Source: an uncultured delta proteobacterium (GTDB lineage Bacteria > Myxococcota_A > Polyangia > Polyangiales > Polyangiaceae). From it: a stretch of 64,000 nt of DNA. The position numbers and the translations under genes were made by a program. Positions 53,372-64,000 of the stretch are shown here, piece after piece. Numbering within the stretch: position 1 is the stretch's first letter; each line of letters opens with the position of its first letter. The stretch spans positions 1 to 64,000 of the forward strand of contig CAWKKR010000009.1 of the NCBI GenBank assembly GCA_963850305.1. The letters run 5' to 3'. Below the pieces are notes generated by a model. The model saw only the letters and a list, made by a program, of their open reading frames with translations. It was not told the origin of the DNA and did not search any database.

Positions 53372-55117
<1,746 letters not shown>

Positions 55118-55193
55118 TCGCGCTCGACGAACACCCCTGTGGATGGCCCGCCGGGGAAGACGGGGCGAAGGAGAGCTTGTCGATGCGGCCACG

Positions 55194-56486
55194 ATGACCG
55201 AAAGCTCTTTGCCGCCACCCCTGTCCGGCTGGACGCGACGGCGCATAGTCTTTCTTGCCGTCAGCGGAGTCATCACCGTCGCGGTGCTCGTCGCCACGTC
55301 GGAAGTGCTGTTGCCGTTCCTGCTCGCGTGCATCACGGCGTACGTCCTCACCCCTGCCGTGGCGGCTGCCGAGCGCTTCAAGATACCGCGAGGGAGCTCG
55401 ATTCTCCTGGTTTACGCCGTCACGCTCGGCGCCCTCTACGGTGGGATTGCGACGATCGCGCCGCGGATTTCGTCGGAGACGGAGAACCTCGTCGAGGAGA
55501 TGCCGACGATGATCCGTCGTCTCGTCGCCGAGTGGGCGCCCATGCTCGAACGCCGTGCGCGCGTCGTGCTGGACCCCGTCGGTGAACCCGTGCCCGAGCC
55601 GGCGGACTCCGCGCCCGCGTTCGAAATATCGAAGGGCCCCGACGGTTCGGTGAGTGTCCGCATCACGGGCGGCATGGACATCGTCCAGGATGGACCGAAG
55701 GTCTGGAAGCTGAAGCCGTCACGACACCGCTCCGAGACGTTCAGCGTGGCCGGGTTCGTCAGTGAAGCGATTGCGGATACCGCCAGCTACTTGCGGCGAA
55801 ACGCACTCGAGTTGCTCCGGGTCGGACAGGCCGTCGTGGGGAAGGTGACTCACGGCATCTTCCTGACCTTCATGACGCTCATGGTCGCAGCGTACGTGAT
55901 GTACACGCGCGAGGGCATCATCGAATTCTTCCGGTCCCTTGCCCCGCCATCCGCGAGAGAGAGCTTCGATCGGCTTCTCTACCGGGTCGACCGGGGGTTT
56001 TCGGGCGTCGTTCGTGGGCAACTCGTCATCATGCTCCTGAACGGTCTGCTGTCGGCGGTCGGGTACTGGATGTTCGGGCTCAAGTACTGGCCGATCCTCG
56101 CGCTGGTATCGGGGCTCATGAGCATCATTCCGATCTTCGGCTCGATCATGAGCAGCGTGCCCGTCGTCATGGTGGGTCTCACGCAGAATTTCTGGACGGC
56201 CCTGTGGGTCCTCCTGTGGATCCTCGGTATCCATCAGGTCGAGGCGAATCTCTTGAATCCCAAGATCATCGGCGCAGCCGCGAAGCTCCATCCGGTGCTG
56301 ATCATTTTTTCGCTGCTGGTCGGCGAGCACTTTTATGGAATCTGGGGCGCGCTCCTCGCGGTCCCGGCGCTCTCGCTCGCGCAGAGCATCTTCAATCATT
56401 TCCGCTTCGAGTCTTTGCCGGACGCCGCGCCGGACAGCGTTATGCTTCACGCTGCGCTGCGTTCCCGAGCGACTCCGCGCGAATAG
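55194..56486 (+). CDS. AI-2E family transporter
   Basis: PFLLA.I.AYVL.P, VVRGQL, IPIFG, QVEANLLNPKIIG, LHP, GALLAVP. Confidence 0.92.
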   Translation: MTESSLPPPLSGWTRRRIVFLAVSGVITVAVLVATSEVLLPFLLACITAYVLTPAVAAAERFKIPRGSSILLVYAVTLGALYGGIATIAPRISSETENLVEEMPTMIRRLVAEWAPMLERRARVVLDPVGEPVPEPADSAPAFEISKGPDGSVSVRITGGMDIVQDGPKVWKLKPSRHRSETFSVAGFVSEAIADTASYLRRNALELLRVGQAVVGKVTHGIFLTFMTLMVAAYVMYTREGIIEFFRSLAPPSARESFDRLLYRVDRGFSGVVRGQLVIMLLNGLLSAVGYWMFGLKYWPILALVSGLMSIIPIFGSIMSSVPVVMVGLTQNFWTALWVLLWILGIHQVEANLLNPKIIGAAAKLHPVLIIFSLLVGEHFYGIWGALLAVPALSLAQSIFNHFRFESLPDAAPDSVMLHAALRSRATPRE

Positions 56487-56549
56487 CTTTTGGCCCGGTT
56501 CCGGCCCGGGGTTGCGCGCGGCCGGCTCCCGGAGCTAAACACCCCTCAG

Positions 56550-57455
56550 ATGTCCAACAAGGCGAAGCGGAAGCTCGCGCAAAAGCCCGCTCAGCGCGTC
56601 GAAGTCCCGGACCCGTTCAGCCGGGACAACATGAGGCAGGTCGCGCTCCGCCTGGGACTGCCGCTCATGGCCGTCTGGATCATTGGCGGGTGCATCGCGG
56701 GCATCAGTCAATCTCATGGCACCATCGTCGCCGCCCTCGCGATTCCGGGTGTCATCACCGTCTTGCTCGCCGGGATCCTCGTGTGGGGCGTCGGCCAGGC
56801 GCGTAAAACGAAGAGCGTCGCCGGGCTCCTCTCCAAGGCGGAGACCGCGGAAGACCGCAAGGCAGCGCTCGAGAAGTTGGACCAGGACTACGGGAAGAAG
56901 GATCCGGCCGCCGTATTCGCCAAGGCGCAGCTCTTCTTGCAGGATAACGAGCCGCGGAAGGCGCTGGAGGTGCTCGAGCAGATCGAGCTCGGCAAGGTGC
57001 TAGCCCCTGTTGCGGATGAAGCGCGTGCCCAGCGCGCCATGATCCATCTTCTCATAGGTGAGGTGACGCCGGCTCGCGACCTTGCGGACGGAATCGATCT
57101 CTCTCGGCAGCAGGACGCGAAGGCGCGCGCCATGATGGCGTCGGTCGTCGCCGAAGCGTGGGCCCGGACCGGACAGGCCAGGAAGGCGGCCGAGACCATC
57201 GAGCTCTTCAATCCGGACGATCCCGAGTTCGAGCCCATCCGGGCGCAGCTCTACCGGGCACGCGCCTACGTCTTTGCTGCGACCGGGGACGCGAAAGGCA
57301 TGCGACGGGCGCTGAAGAAGCTGATCGAGCAGGACGCACGCCTGCTCGGCGGTTTCATGACGAAGCGCACACATCCCTTGCTTCAAAAGGAAGCGAAGAA
57401 GATGCTGGAACAATCCGGCCAGGCGCCGCGCAAGATGATCATGCAGCGACACTGA
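56550..57455 (+). CDS. Membrane protein with TPR-like helical domain
   Basis: Two TM helices followed by helical repeats. Confidence 0.65.
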   Translation: MSNKAKRKLAQKPAQRVEVPDPFSRDNMRQVALRLGLPLMAVWIIGGCIAGISQSHGTIVAALAIPGVITVLLAGILVWGVGQARKTKSVAGLLSKAETAEDRKAALEKLDQDYGKKDPAAVFAKAQLFLQDNEPRKALEVLEQIELGKVLAPVADEARAQRAMIHLLIGEVTPARDLADGIDLSRQQDAKARAMMASVVAEAWARTGQARKAAETIELFNPDDPEFEPIRAQLYRARAYVFAATGDAKGMRRALKKLIEQDARLLGGFMTKRTHPLLQKEAKKMLEQSGQAPRKMIMQRH

Positions 57456-57523
57456 CCCTGAAGCTCGCGCCGACGAGGCGCGATGAGCGGGGTTCTCGGC
57501 GACATGTCGAGCCCCGTCCGGTG

Positions 57524-59434
57524 TCACAGACCCGCGAGCGTCGCCCGGGCGCGCGGCGCAATGGTCACTTCCGGCAACAGCTCCGCGAACGATACGACGC
57601 GCACTCGCGGGAGCTCCGCTTCGAGCAGATGGCGCACGAACCGACGGATGTCCGGGCGGGTGAGCACGATGGGGTGCTCGCGCCCGATGCTGTCCGCGCA
57701 CTCGATCGCACGGCGGACGGCGCTCACGATGTCGCGTGCCGCCGCGGGCGCCATCGCCAGGAAGCGTCCCGACGAGGTGTTCGAGATCGCAGACCTTATG
57801 GCTTCTTCGACGCCCGGATCGAGCAAGATGACGCCGAGCTCGGGCGCGCCGCGCATCAGTGTGAAGGTGAGGGGTCGTTTGAGCTCCGCTCGGACGTGTT
57901 CGGCGAGGGATGCGGGATCGCGCTCGTTCGGCCGTGCACGCGGCAACGCCTCGAGGATCGCCTTGAGATCGCGAATGCTCACGCCTTCGCCGACCAGCCG
58001 CCGCAGAACTTCGGACAGATCGGCGACGTCGACGACCCTGGGAACGATCTGACGGACGGTCGTCGGCGCGATGCGCTCGAGCCCGTCGAGTAGCGCCTTC
58101 GTCTCGCTGATGCCGACGAAATCCGAAGCGCGATCGAGCAGTATCGCCCTGCACTCCTCCTCGATCGAGCGCACCAGGCTCTCGTCGGAAACGCCCATCG
58201 ACGCCGTCCGCACGAGCGCCGGCACCTCGTGGATCGAGAGTACGAAGGCCCCGTGGGCAAGACCGTCATCCACGAACACCCGGCACTCGGGAAGCGGGAC
58301 CCCTCGCTCGCGTTCGACGCCGCTCCTGAGCCGCTCGGCGAGCTCGTCCAGGGCTCGGGCGCCGATCCTGGCGGCAAGCCCGGCGCTCGCGGCGAGTGAC
58401 CAGGGGGTGATGGGGTTTGCTGGTGCGTCGTGGAGAGCGGCGGGCCCCCGGTACCTCGACCGTGCCGGCCCACGTCGCGAGAGCGCGATGAGGACGATTC
58501 CGATGACGAGAAAAGGCAGCGTCGGTAGCCCCGGTACCAGCGCGAAGCCGAGCACGAGAACACCCGCGACCCCGAGAGCCCGCGGCACGCCGAGCAACTG
58601 CGCCGAGAGCTCCGAGCCGAGCGCGGTCCGAGGATCGTCGCTCGCCACGCGGGTGACGAGGATGCCCGCCGACGTCGCGAGCAGCAGGGCCGGGATCTGC
58701 GTCACGAGGCCATCTCCGATGGTGAGCAGCCCGAAGCGACGCAGCGCCGCGCCGAAGTCGAGCCCGCGTTGCCCGACGCCGATGGCGACGCCGCCCACGA
58801 GGTTCACGATCGCGATGAGCACCGTCGCGATCACGTCGCCCTTGACGAATTTCACCGCGCCGTCCATGGCGCCGTAGAAATGACTCTCGCGTTCCAGCTC
58901 CCGGCGAAGGCGCTGCGCCTCCCCCGGTTCGAGGTTTCCGGCACGGAGATCGGCGTCGATCGACAGCTGCTTTCCCGGCAATGCGTCCAGCGTGAACCGC
59001 GCCCCCACCTCGGCAACCCGCTCGCTCCCTTTCGCGACGACCACGAACTGGATGATCGTGAGAATCAGGAAGATGACGGCGCCGACGGCGAAATTGCCGC
59101 TCACGACGAACGTACCGAACGCGCGAATGACGGCGCCAGCGTCCGCGTGGAGCAAGATCAATCGCGTCGAGGACACGTTCAACGCGACGCGCACCAGCGT
59201 CGTGATGAGCAGCAGGGTGGGAAAAGCGCTGATCTCGAGCGCGCTCCCCACGTAGAGGGTCACGAGCAGAACCGCGACCGAGAAGGCGAGATTCCCCGCG
59301 AGCAATATGTCGAGGAGCCACGTCGGCAGCGGCACAACCATGAGCGCGACGATCGCGACGACGACGACGGCGAGAGCGGCGTCCGCGGTCCGGAATCCGA
59401 ACGGGGTCGACGACGACCGACGATGATTCGCCAT
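57524..59434 (-). CDS. flhA: FHIPEP-family export gate (FlhA/SctV)
   Basis: FPTLLLITTL.R..LNVSSTR, KGSERVAEVGARFTLDALPGKQLSIDADL, GAMDGAVKFVKGD, GDGLVTQIP, VVSFAEL. Confidence 0.92.
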   Translation of the reverse strand: MANHRRSSSTPFGFRTADAALAVVVVAIVALMVVPLPTWLLDILLAGNLAFSVAVLLVTLYVGSALEISAFPTLLLITTLVRVALNVSSTRLILLHADAGAVIRAFGTFVVSGNFAVGAVIFLILTIIQFVVVAKGSERVAEVGARFTLDALPGKQLSIDADLRAGNLEPGEAQRLRRELERESHFYGAMDGAVKFVKGDVIATVLIAIVNLVGGVAIGVGQRGLDFGAALRRFGLLTIGDGLVTQIPALLLATSAGILVTRVASDDPRTALGSELSAQLLGVPRALGVAGVLVLGFALVPGLPTLPFLVIGIVLIALSRRGPARSRYRGPAALHDAPANPITPWSLAASAGLAARIGARALDELAERLRSGVERERGVPLPECRVFVDDGLAHGAFVLSIHEVPALVRTASMGVSDESLVRSIEEECRAILLDRASDFVGISETKALLDGLERIAPTTVRQIVPRVVDVADLSEVLRRLVGEGVSIRDLKAILEALPRARPNERDPASLAEHVRAELKRPLTFTLMRGAPELGVILLDPGVEEAIRSAISNTSSGRFLAMAPAAARDIVSAVRRAIECADSIGREHPIVLTRPDIRRFVRHLLEAELPRVRVVSFAELLPEVTIAPRARATLAGL

Positions 59435-59438
59435 GGAT

Positions 59439-60575
59439 TCAGCTCGGCGCTGCGAAGAGCGCAAACACGCCGGTGTAAAGGTGCATCGTAGGCCGTCCGG
59501 AATACGGCGCGATCTCGAACGACGAGGAGAGTCCGGCGAACGGCAAGCCCGGGAACCGAGCCCGGAGGATCTTGGTGTCCACGTCGGGGGCGCCGTACAA
59601 AGTCGATCCCCGACCACTGCAGTTGACGTAGATGCCGAACCGCGGCGCCGCGCCGGCGATATCGCGCTCGAGCTCACGGGTCATCGCTTCGAAGTCCTCG
59701 CGCGCCGCTCGTCCGTCGCGCACCGCAAAGGTGACGCGCATGCCCTCCCGCAGCTCGTCCGACACGACGATGGCGCCGCGGTCGGGATCGACGCCCTGGA
59801 TCCCCCGGACGACCAGGGACGGCCGGGCGCCCTCGCTCGGCTCCGGCTCGTCGGCGAGGACCAAGAGGAGCAGCGGATGGTCCGCGAGCCCCTCGGCATG
59901 CCGCGCGAGCACGTCGAGGGCCGGCTCGCCGTCGATACCAGCGAGCAAGGCCCCGCGGCATTCCGTCACGCGACGGAGCGGCCCGAGCAGCCGGCATGAG
60001 TGCGTCGTGCGAATCGCCGGAGTTGGCATGCCGCGCAGGATCATGGCGATCGAGCCGCTCAGCCGGCGCCCGGTTTCGTCGATACCGAGCACCCCCGGAC
60101 GGCCGAGGCTACCAGCGCCGAACACGTAGCGAGTGGTTCGCAAGTCGCGGAGGGGCACGAGTGTCGAGGGGCTGAAACCCTCCGGATCGAGAAGGAGCAG
60201 CACAGTCGGGGTGGTCTTTCCGGTGCGGTCGCCGAGGACGTGCGCGAGGGATTCCCCGACGTCACCGTCGTCGGAGACAATTTCCGTGAGCTCCACGCGG
60301 CCACCCGACCACACCAGGCCCGCCGCTGCCGTCTGATCTTCGATCTCGCCGCGCTCGGTCAGCACGCCCCCACCTCCGGCCAGCGCGATGGGGATCTTCG
60401 GATGCAGCCCGGCGAGCGCACCGGCGATGGACTCGAGGTTGTCGGCAAGTCGTCCGCTAGCGAACACGAGCGCGCCCGAGGGAGCCCGGATCTGGCCGAG
60501 CGCGTGCGAAAACACGCTCGCCACCCGTTCTGGGCTGGCGGTCTTCACGTCCCAGCTCGCCGCTCCGGCGCCCAT
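59439..60575 (-). CDS. FIST signal transduction domain protein
   Basis: IDGEPAL, VVRGIQGVDP, YVNCSGRG, GLSSSFEI, LYTGV. Confidence 0.88.
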   Translation of the reverse strand: MGAGAASWDVKTASPERVASVFSHALGQIRAPSGALVFASGRLADNLESIAGALAGLHPKIPIALAGGGGVLTERGEIEDQTAAAGLVWSGGRVELTEIVSDDGDVGESLAHVLGDRTGKTTPTVLLLLDPEGFSPSTLVPLRDLRTTRYVFGAGSLGRPGVLGIDETGRRLSGSIAMILRGMPTPAIRTTHSCRLLGPLRRVTECRGALLAGIDGEPALDVLARHAEGLADHPLLLLVLADEPEPSEGARPSLVVRGIQGVDPDRGAIVVSDELREGMRVTFAVRDGRAAREDFEAMTRELERDIAGAAPRFGIYVNCSGRGSTLYGAPDVDTKILRARFPGLPFAGLSSSFEIAPYSGRPTMHLYTGVFALFAAPS

Positions 60576-60691
60576 CCGGGGACCGACGCTAACATTAAGT
60601 TGGGGTCCGGTGGGAGAAGGGCAGAATCCCCTCCGGGGAGGCTTCTTTCGCTTCCAGGACGAAGGCGATTTCTCTAGCCTATAGCCTGGCC

Positions 60692-61456
60692 ATGAGCGCG
60701 ACCGCCCTGATGATTCGATCGGTCGGCGGCTCGGACGTCGGTCGCAGGCGCCAGAGCAACGAAGACGCCTACCTGCGAGACGACGAGCTTGGGCTCTGGA
60801 TCGTCGCCGACGGCATGGGCGGTCACGCTGCCGGCGAAGTGGCGAGCCAGGAGGCGGTCGATACCATCTACGGCATGGTCAAGCGGGGGAAGCGCGCGTC
60901 CGTGGCCACGGGGGATCTCGATTCGAGGTTGCGCGCGGGCGCGCGGTTGCTGGAGGGCTCGGTGCAGGCCGCGACGTACATGATTTACGCCATGAGCGAG
61001 CTCGATGCGCGAAAGTCGGGGATGGGCACGACCATCAGCGCCATGATGACGATGCATGGTTACGTCATCACCGCGCAGGTCGGCGACAGTCGAATCTACC
61101 AGGTGCGCGAAGGTTCGGCGATGCAGCTCACGGAGGACCACACCCTCATCAACTGGCAGCTCAAGCGTGGGATCATCACCGAGGAAGAAGCGAAGACCAG
61201 CCGCCACAAGAACGTGATCACCAGGGCCGTCGGCAACCGTGATTACGTGCAGGTCGACACCGGGATGGTCGAGGTCGCCCCCGGCGATCGGTATCTGCTC
61301 TGTTCGGACGGCCTGCACGGCTATCTGCGCACCGAGGAGATCCCGGACCTGGCGGCGCTCGGCGGACGGGAGTCCGTGCGGCGCCTCATCGATCTCGCGA
61401 ACAATCGGGGCGGCAAGGACAACATCACCGCCGTGCTCGTCGAAGTCGACCTCTGA
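60692..61456 (+). CDS. PP2C-family Ser/Thr phosphatase
   Basis: RQSNED, VADGMGGH, GDSRIY, LCSDGL, GGKDNIT. Confidence 0.95.
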   Translation: MSATALMIRSVGGSDVGRRRQSNEDAYLRDDELGLWIVADGMGGHAAGEVASQEAVDTIYGMVKRGKRASVATGDLDSRLRAGARLLEGSVQAATYMIYAMSELDARKSGMGTTISAMMTMHGYVITAQVGDSRIYQVREGSAMQLTEDHTLINWQLKRGIITEEEAKTSRHKNVITRAVGNRDYVQVDTGMVEVAPGDRYLLCSDGLHGYLRTEEIPDLAALGGRESVRRLIDLANNRGGKDNITAVLVEVDL

Positions 61457-61549
61457 TCGCGTAGCGTCGCGGAAGCGCCGGGGCCGCATCGGCGTTCCTG
61501 ACGGCATCGTGCCTACTTTTTTGGCCCTCCAGCGTGCGTTTCAGTACGG

Positions 61550-62566
61550 ATGGGCGTGATGAAAAGCCCCCGAATCGGCGTTCTGATGGGAGGAACCTCG
61601 GCTGAACGGGAGGTGTCGCGGCGCTCCGGCGAAGCCGTTCTTGCCGCTCTCGTCGATGCGGGGCGCGACGCGGTCGCCGTGCTTCTCGGGGACGGGATCG
61701 ACCCCCTCCGCGCCATCGCGAGCGCGGGCATGGACGTCGCGTTCCTCGCGCTTCACGGCCGTCATGGCGAGGACGGCTGCGTTCAGGGCCTGCTCGAGAT
61801 CCTGGGGATCCCGTACACCGGGTCCAGCGTCATGAGCAGCGCCCTGGCGATGGATAAGCTGAAGGCCAAGGAGCTGTTTCGCCTGCACAACGTCCCCACA
61901 CCCCCCTACTACGTGCTCGAAAGTCGCGGTGCGTTGAAGGACCTGGCGGAGATCCACGGCTCGTTCGGATTTCCGGTGGTCGTGAAGCCGCGCAGGGAAG
62001 GCTCGAGCATCGGCGTGTCCAAGGCGCACGACGCCATCGAGCTCGAGGCCAGCGTGACGCGCGCGTTCGAGCACGACGATTCGGTGCTCGTGGAGCGGTT
62101 CATCGCGGCCAGGGAGATCGCCGTGGGGCTCCTCGACGGTCGGGTTCTCGGTGCCGTGGAGATCGTCCCCAAGAGCGGCTTCTACGATTACGCGGCGAAA
62201 TACACGTCGGGTGCCACGGAGTACTATTGCCCCGCGCGCCTGCCGCCGACCCGCATTCGCGGAGTCCTGAACCTCGGTGAACGAGCGGCTCAGGCGCTCG
62301 AGACGTCCGGCGCGGTGCGGGTCGATCTGCTCGTCACGGAGGCGCAGAACGAATACGTGCTCGAAGTGAACACCCTCCCGGGCATGACACCCACGAGTCT
62401 CTTCCCGAAGATTGCGGCGTCCGTTGGCTTCTCTTTCCCGCAACTCTGCGTCGAGATGGCGGACCGAGCACGCCTTCACACGATGCCCGCCACCCGGCCC
62501 GCGACGTTGGTGACGGCCCTGCCGGAGCCCGTCGCGCCCACGTTGCACGACGTCAGAGTCGCGTGA
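61550..62566 (+). CDS. ddl: D-alanine--D-alanine ligase
   Basis: GGTSAEREVS, LHGRHGEDG, GSSIGV, YDYAAKY, EVNTLPGMT. Confidence 0.95.
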   Translation: MGVMKSPRIGVLMGGTSAEREVSRRSGEAVLAALVDAGRDAVAVLLGDGIDPLRAIASAGMDVAFLALHGRHGEDGCVQGLLEILGIPYTGSSVMSSALAMDKLKAKELFRLHNVPTPPYYVLESRGALKDLAEIHGSFGFPVVVKPRREGSSIGVSKAHDAIELEASVTRAFEHDDSVLVERFIAAREIAVGLLDGRVLGAVEIVPKSGFYDYAAKYTSGATEYYCPARLPPTRIRGVLNLGERAAQALETSGAVRVDLLVTEAQNEYVLEVNTLPGMTPTSLFPKIAASVGFSFPQLCVEMADRARLHTMPATRPATLVTALPEPVAPTLHDVRVA

Positions 62567-62575
62567 TCGCGGGGT

Positions 62576-63238
62576 TCACGGTGAGGCGGCGGCGCAGGCG
62601 CGCCGCACGGCCCGGTTGTGCTTCTCGGTGAGCTCTTCGACGGCCTTTCAATCGTCGGGAGGGTCCAGGAACACGTAGCGCGTCGCCTGCGCGTCGGTTC
62701 GCTCGGCATTCGACGGATTGACCACGAGCCCGCCGATGCCGAGGCCGAAGCCGACACCGACCAGGGTGCCGCCCCAGGCTGCCTTCGTGCCATCCACCGG
62801 GTTCGAATCGTGTCGATTCCCTTGGGCGTCGACGGTCGTCTTGCTGCCGAATGCGTTCACGAACAACACCGTACCGATCGCAATCGCAGCCACACTCGCG
62901 ACGCCGAGCGTCCCGGCGATGATCTGCCGTCGATGGTACGCCGCGAGGGCATCGCGCTTCCGCTCGATGAGCTCCGATTCGGGAAAATCCGACAGCGAGG
63001 GAATCGACTCGGGATCGTCGCTGCCGACGTGATACAGGCCGAGCCCGTTCACCGCGTGACTCGTCCCCCTGGGTTCATCCGCGACCCGGGCGCGCGTGGG
63101 TGCGAGAACCAGCCAGTCCCTGGCCTCACAGGGCGTCTCTGCCTCGCCCGCGGGAGTGATGGGTGCCCCTTCCATGCGGAACACCGTCGTCCCGCAACCC
63201 GGGAGTCCGAGCGCCGCGACGGCCAGTAGTAACCGCAT
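62576..63238 (-). CDS. Hypothetical lipoprotein with two hydrophobic helices (in-frame TGA at 62648-62650)
   Basis: MRLLLAVAALGLPGC lipobox; the frame continues coding-like for 23 codons after the first TGA. Confidence 0.7.
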
Positions 63239-63335
63239 TTCGGGGCACCGTAACATGTCGAGATCCGTCCGTCATGCTGGTCGCGCCGCGGCCCGAGCAC
63301 GAGGATCGTGCGTGCGAGAGCGAAACTCCGGGACA

Positions 63336-64000
63336 TTACTTTGCGAGTGGACTCGAACCCGTGACCTCGAGCGCGGCGACCTCATTCGCGTCTCGGTAGG
63401 TCCTGATCTTCGCGACGAGCTCCTCGCGGGCCCCCCACGGGAGCACGTTTCCGCGCGGCGTTTCGTACTCCAGAAACAGGTTGTCGTCGGTCGACACCAT
63501 GTCCGAGAGCGACTCTCCCGAGTCCTTCGCCGCATCCTCCAGGAATCGATCGAGCGCGCCGTCGATCACCAGCATGTCGTCGGCGAGCACGGTCAGCGGG
63601 CGTCCATCGGGCAGCGTCGCGGCCACGCCGGGCGTCGCAGTCAACCGCGCGGCGCGCTCGTAGGACCACCCGAGGGGCTTCTCGGACGCGACCAGGATGC
63701 CCTGTCCGCCTCCGAGGAACAGCGCAACGTGCGAAAACTCGCGCCGGAGCGTGTTCACGAGCGTCGCAAACACCGGACGATAGACGTGGTGGAGCTGCAC
63801 CCATTGCTGGAACACGCCGTGCTCCTTCAAGTGTGCGTGGACCAGCTTGTAGTACTCGGCGCTGTAGAGCGACGACGCGCCCGCGAACCAGACGCTCGAG
63901 AGCTCCATGCTCACCAGATCGTACTTCCCGTCGTGGACGAGCAGGTGGTTCCGCGCATCGTCGAGCGTCACGTGCACGCGGGGGTCTTCGAGCACGCCGC
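63336..64000 (-). CDS. Spermidine synthase-like / SAM methyltransferase C-terminal part (probably a fused membrane protein; starts beyond the right edge)
   Basis: DPRVHVTLDDARNHL...YDLVSME...LYSAEYY...GVFQQW...STDDNLFLEY. Confidence 0.8.
   Translation of the reverse strand, partial: GVLEDPRVHVTLDDARNHLLVHDGKYDLVSMELSSVWFAGASSLYSAEYYKLVHAHLKEHGVFQQWVQLHHVYRPVFATLVNTLRREFSHVALFLGGGQGILVASEKPLGWSYERAARLTATPGVAATLPDGRPLTVLADDMLVIDGALDRFLEDAAKDSGESLSDMVSTDDNLFLEYETPRGNVLPWGAREELVAKIRTYRDANEVAALEVTGSSPLAK

Overview
GC-rich chromosomal segment from a myxobacterium, probably Polyangiales/Sorangiineae-like (inferred from MYXO-CTERM-type proteins, a Ser/Thr kinase-TPR/PEGA module, an orphan FlhA/SctV and Myxococcus-type LexA boxes). 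Most of it is core genome: guaA, tRNA-Pro(TGG), an lptA-lptB-rpoN-hpf-ptsN-hprK-rapZ-HPr-EI cluster, rpsO-pnp, larE, an imuA-imuB-dnaE2 mutagenesis cassette followed by an IS21 remnant, smc, pheA-hisC-aroA-cmk, rpsA and ddl. Five genes carry single-base frameshifts (rpoN has two), most likely sequencing/assembly errors. The standout unexplained feature is a ~510-nt intergenic stretch (about 5620-6129, minus strand). It folds by eye into many nested helices with G-U pairs and GNRA/YNMG tetraloops, ends in a strong intrinsic terminator, contains a LexA-like box and matches no RNA family I can recognise, so it is a candidate new large non-coding RNA or giant leader. Other leads: an unannotated 53-aa basic protein with its own promoter, a divergent Lpt-like transporter linked to a GT-C-like membrane protein, a PheA with degenerate catalytic motifs, and paired operator-like repeats between smc and an FmdB-family gene. 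No database searches or folding programs were run; all calls come from motif recognition.
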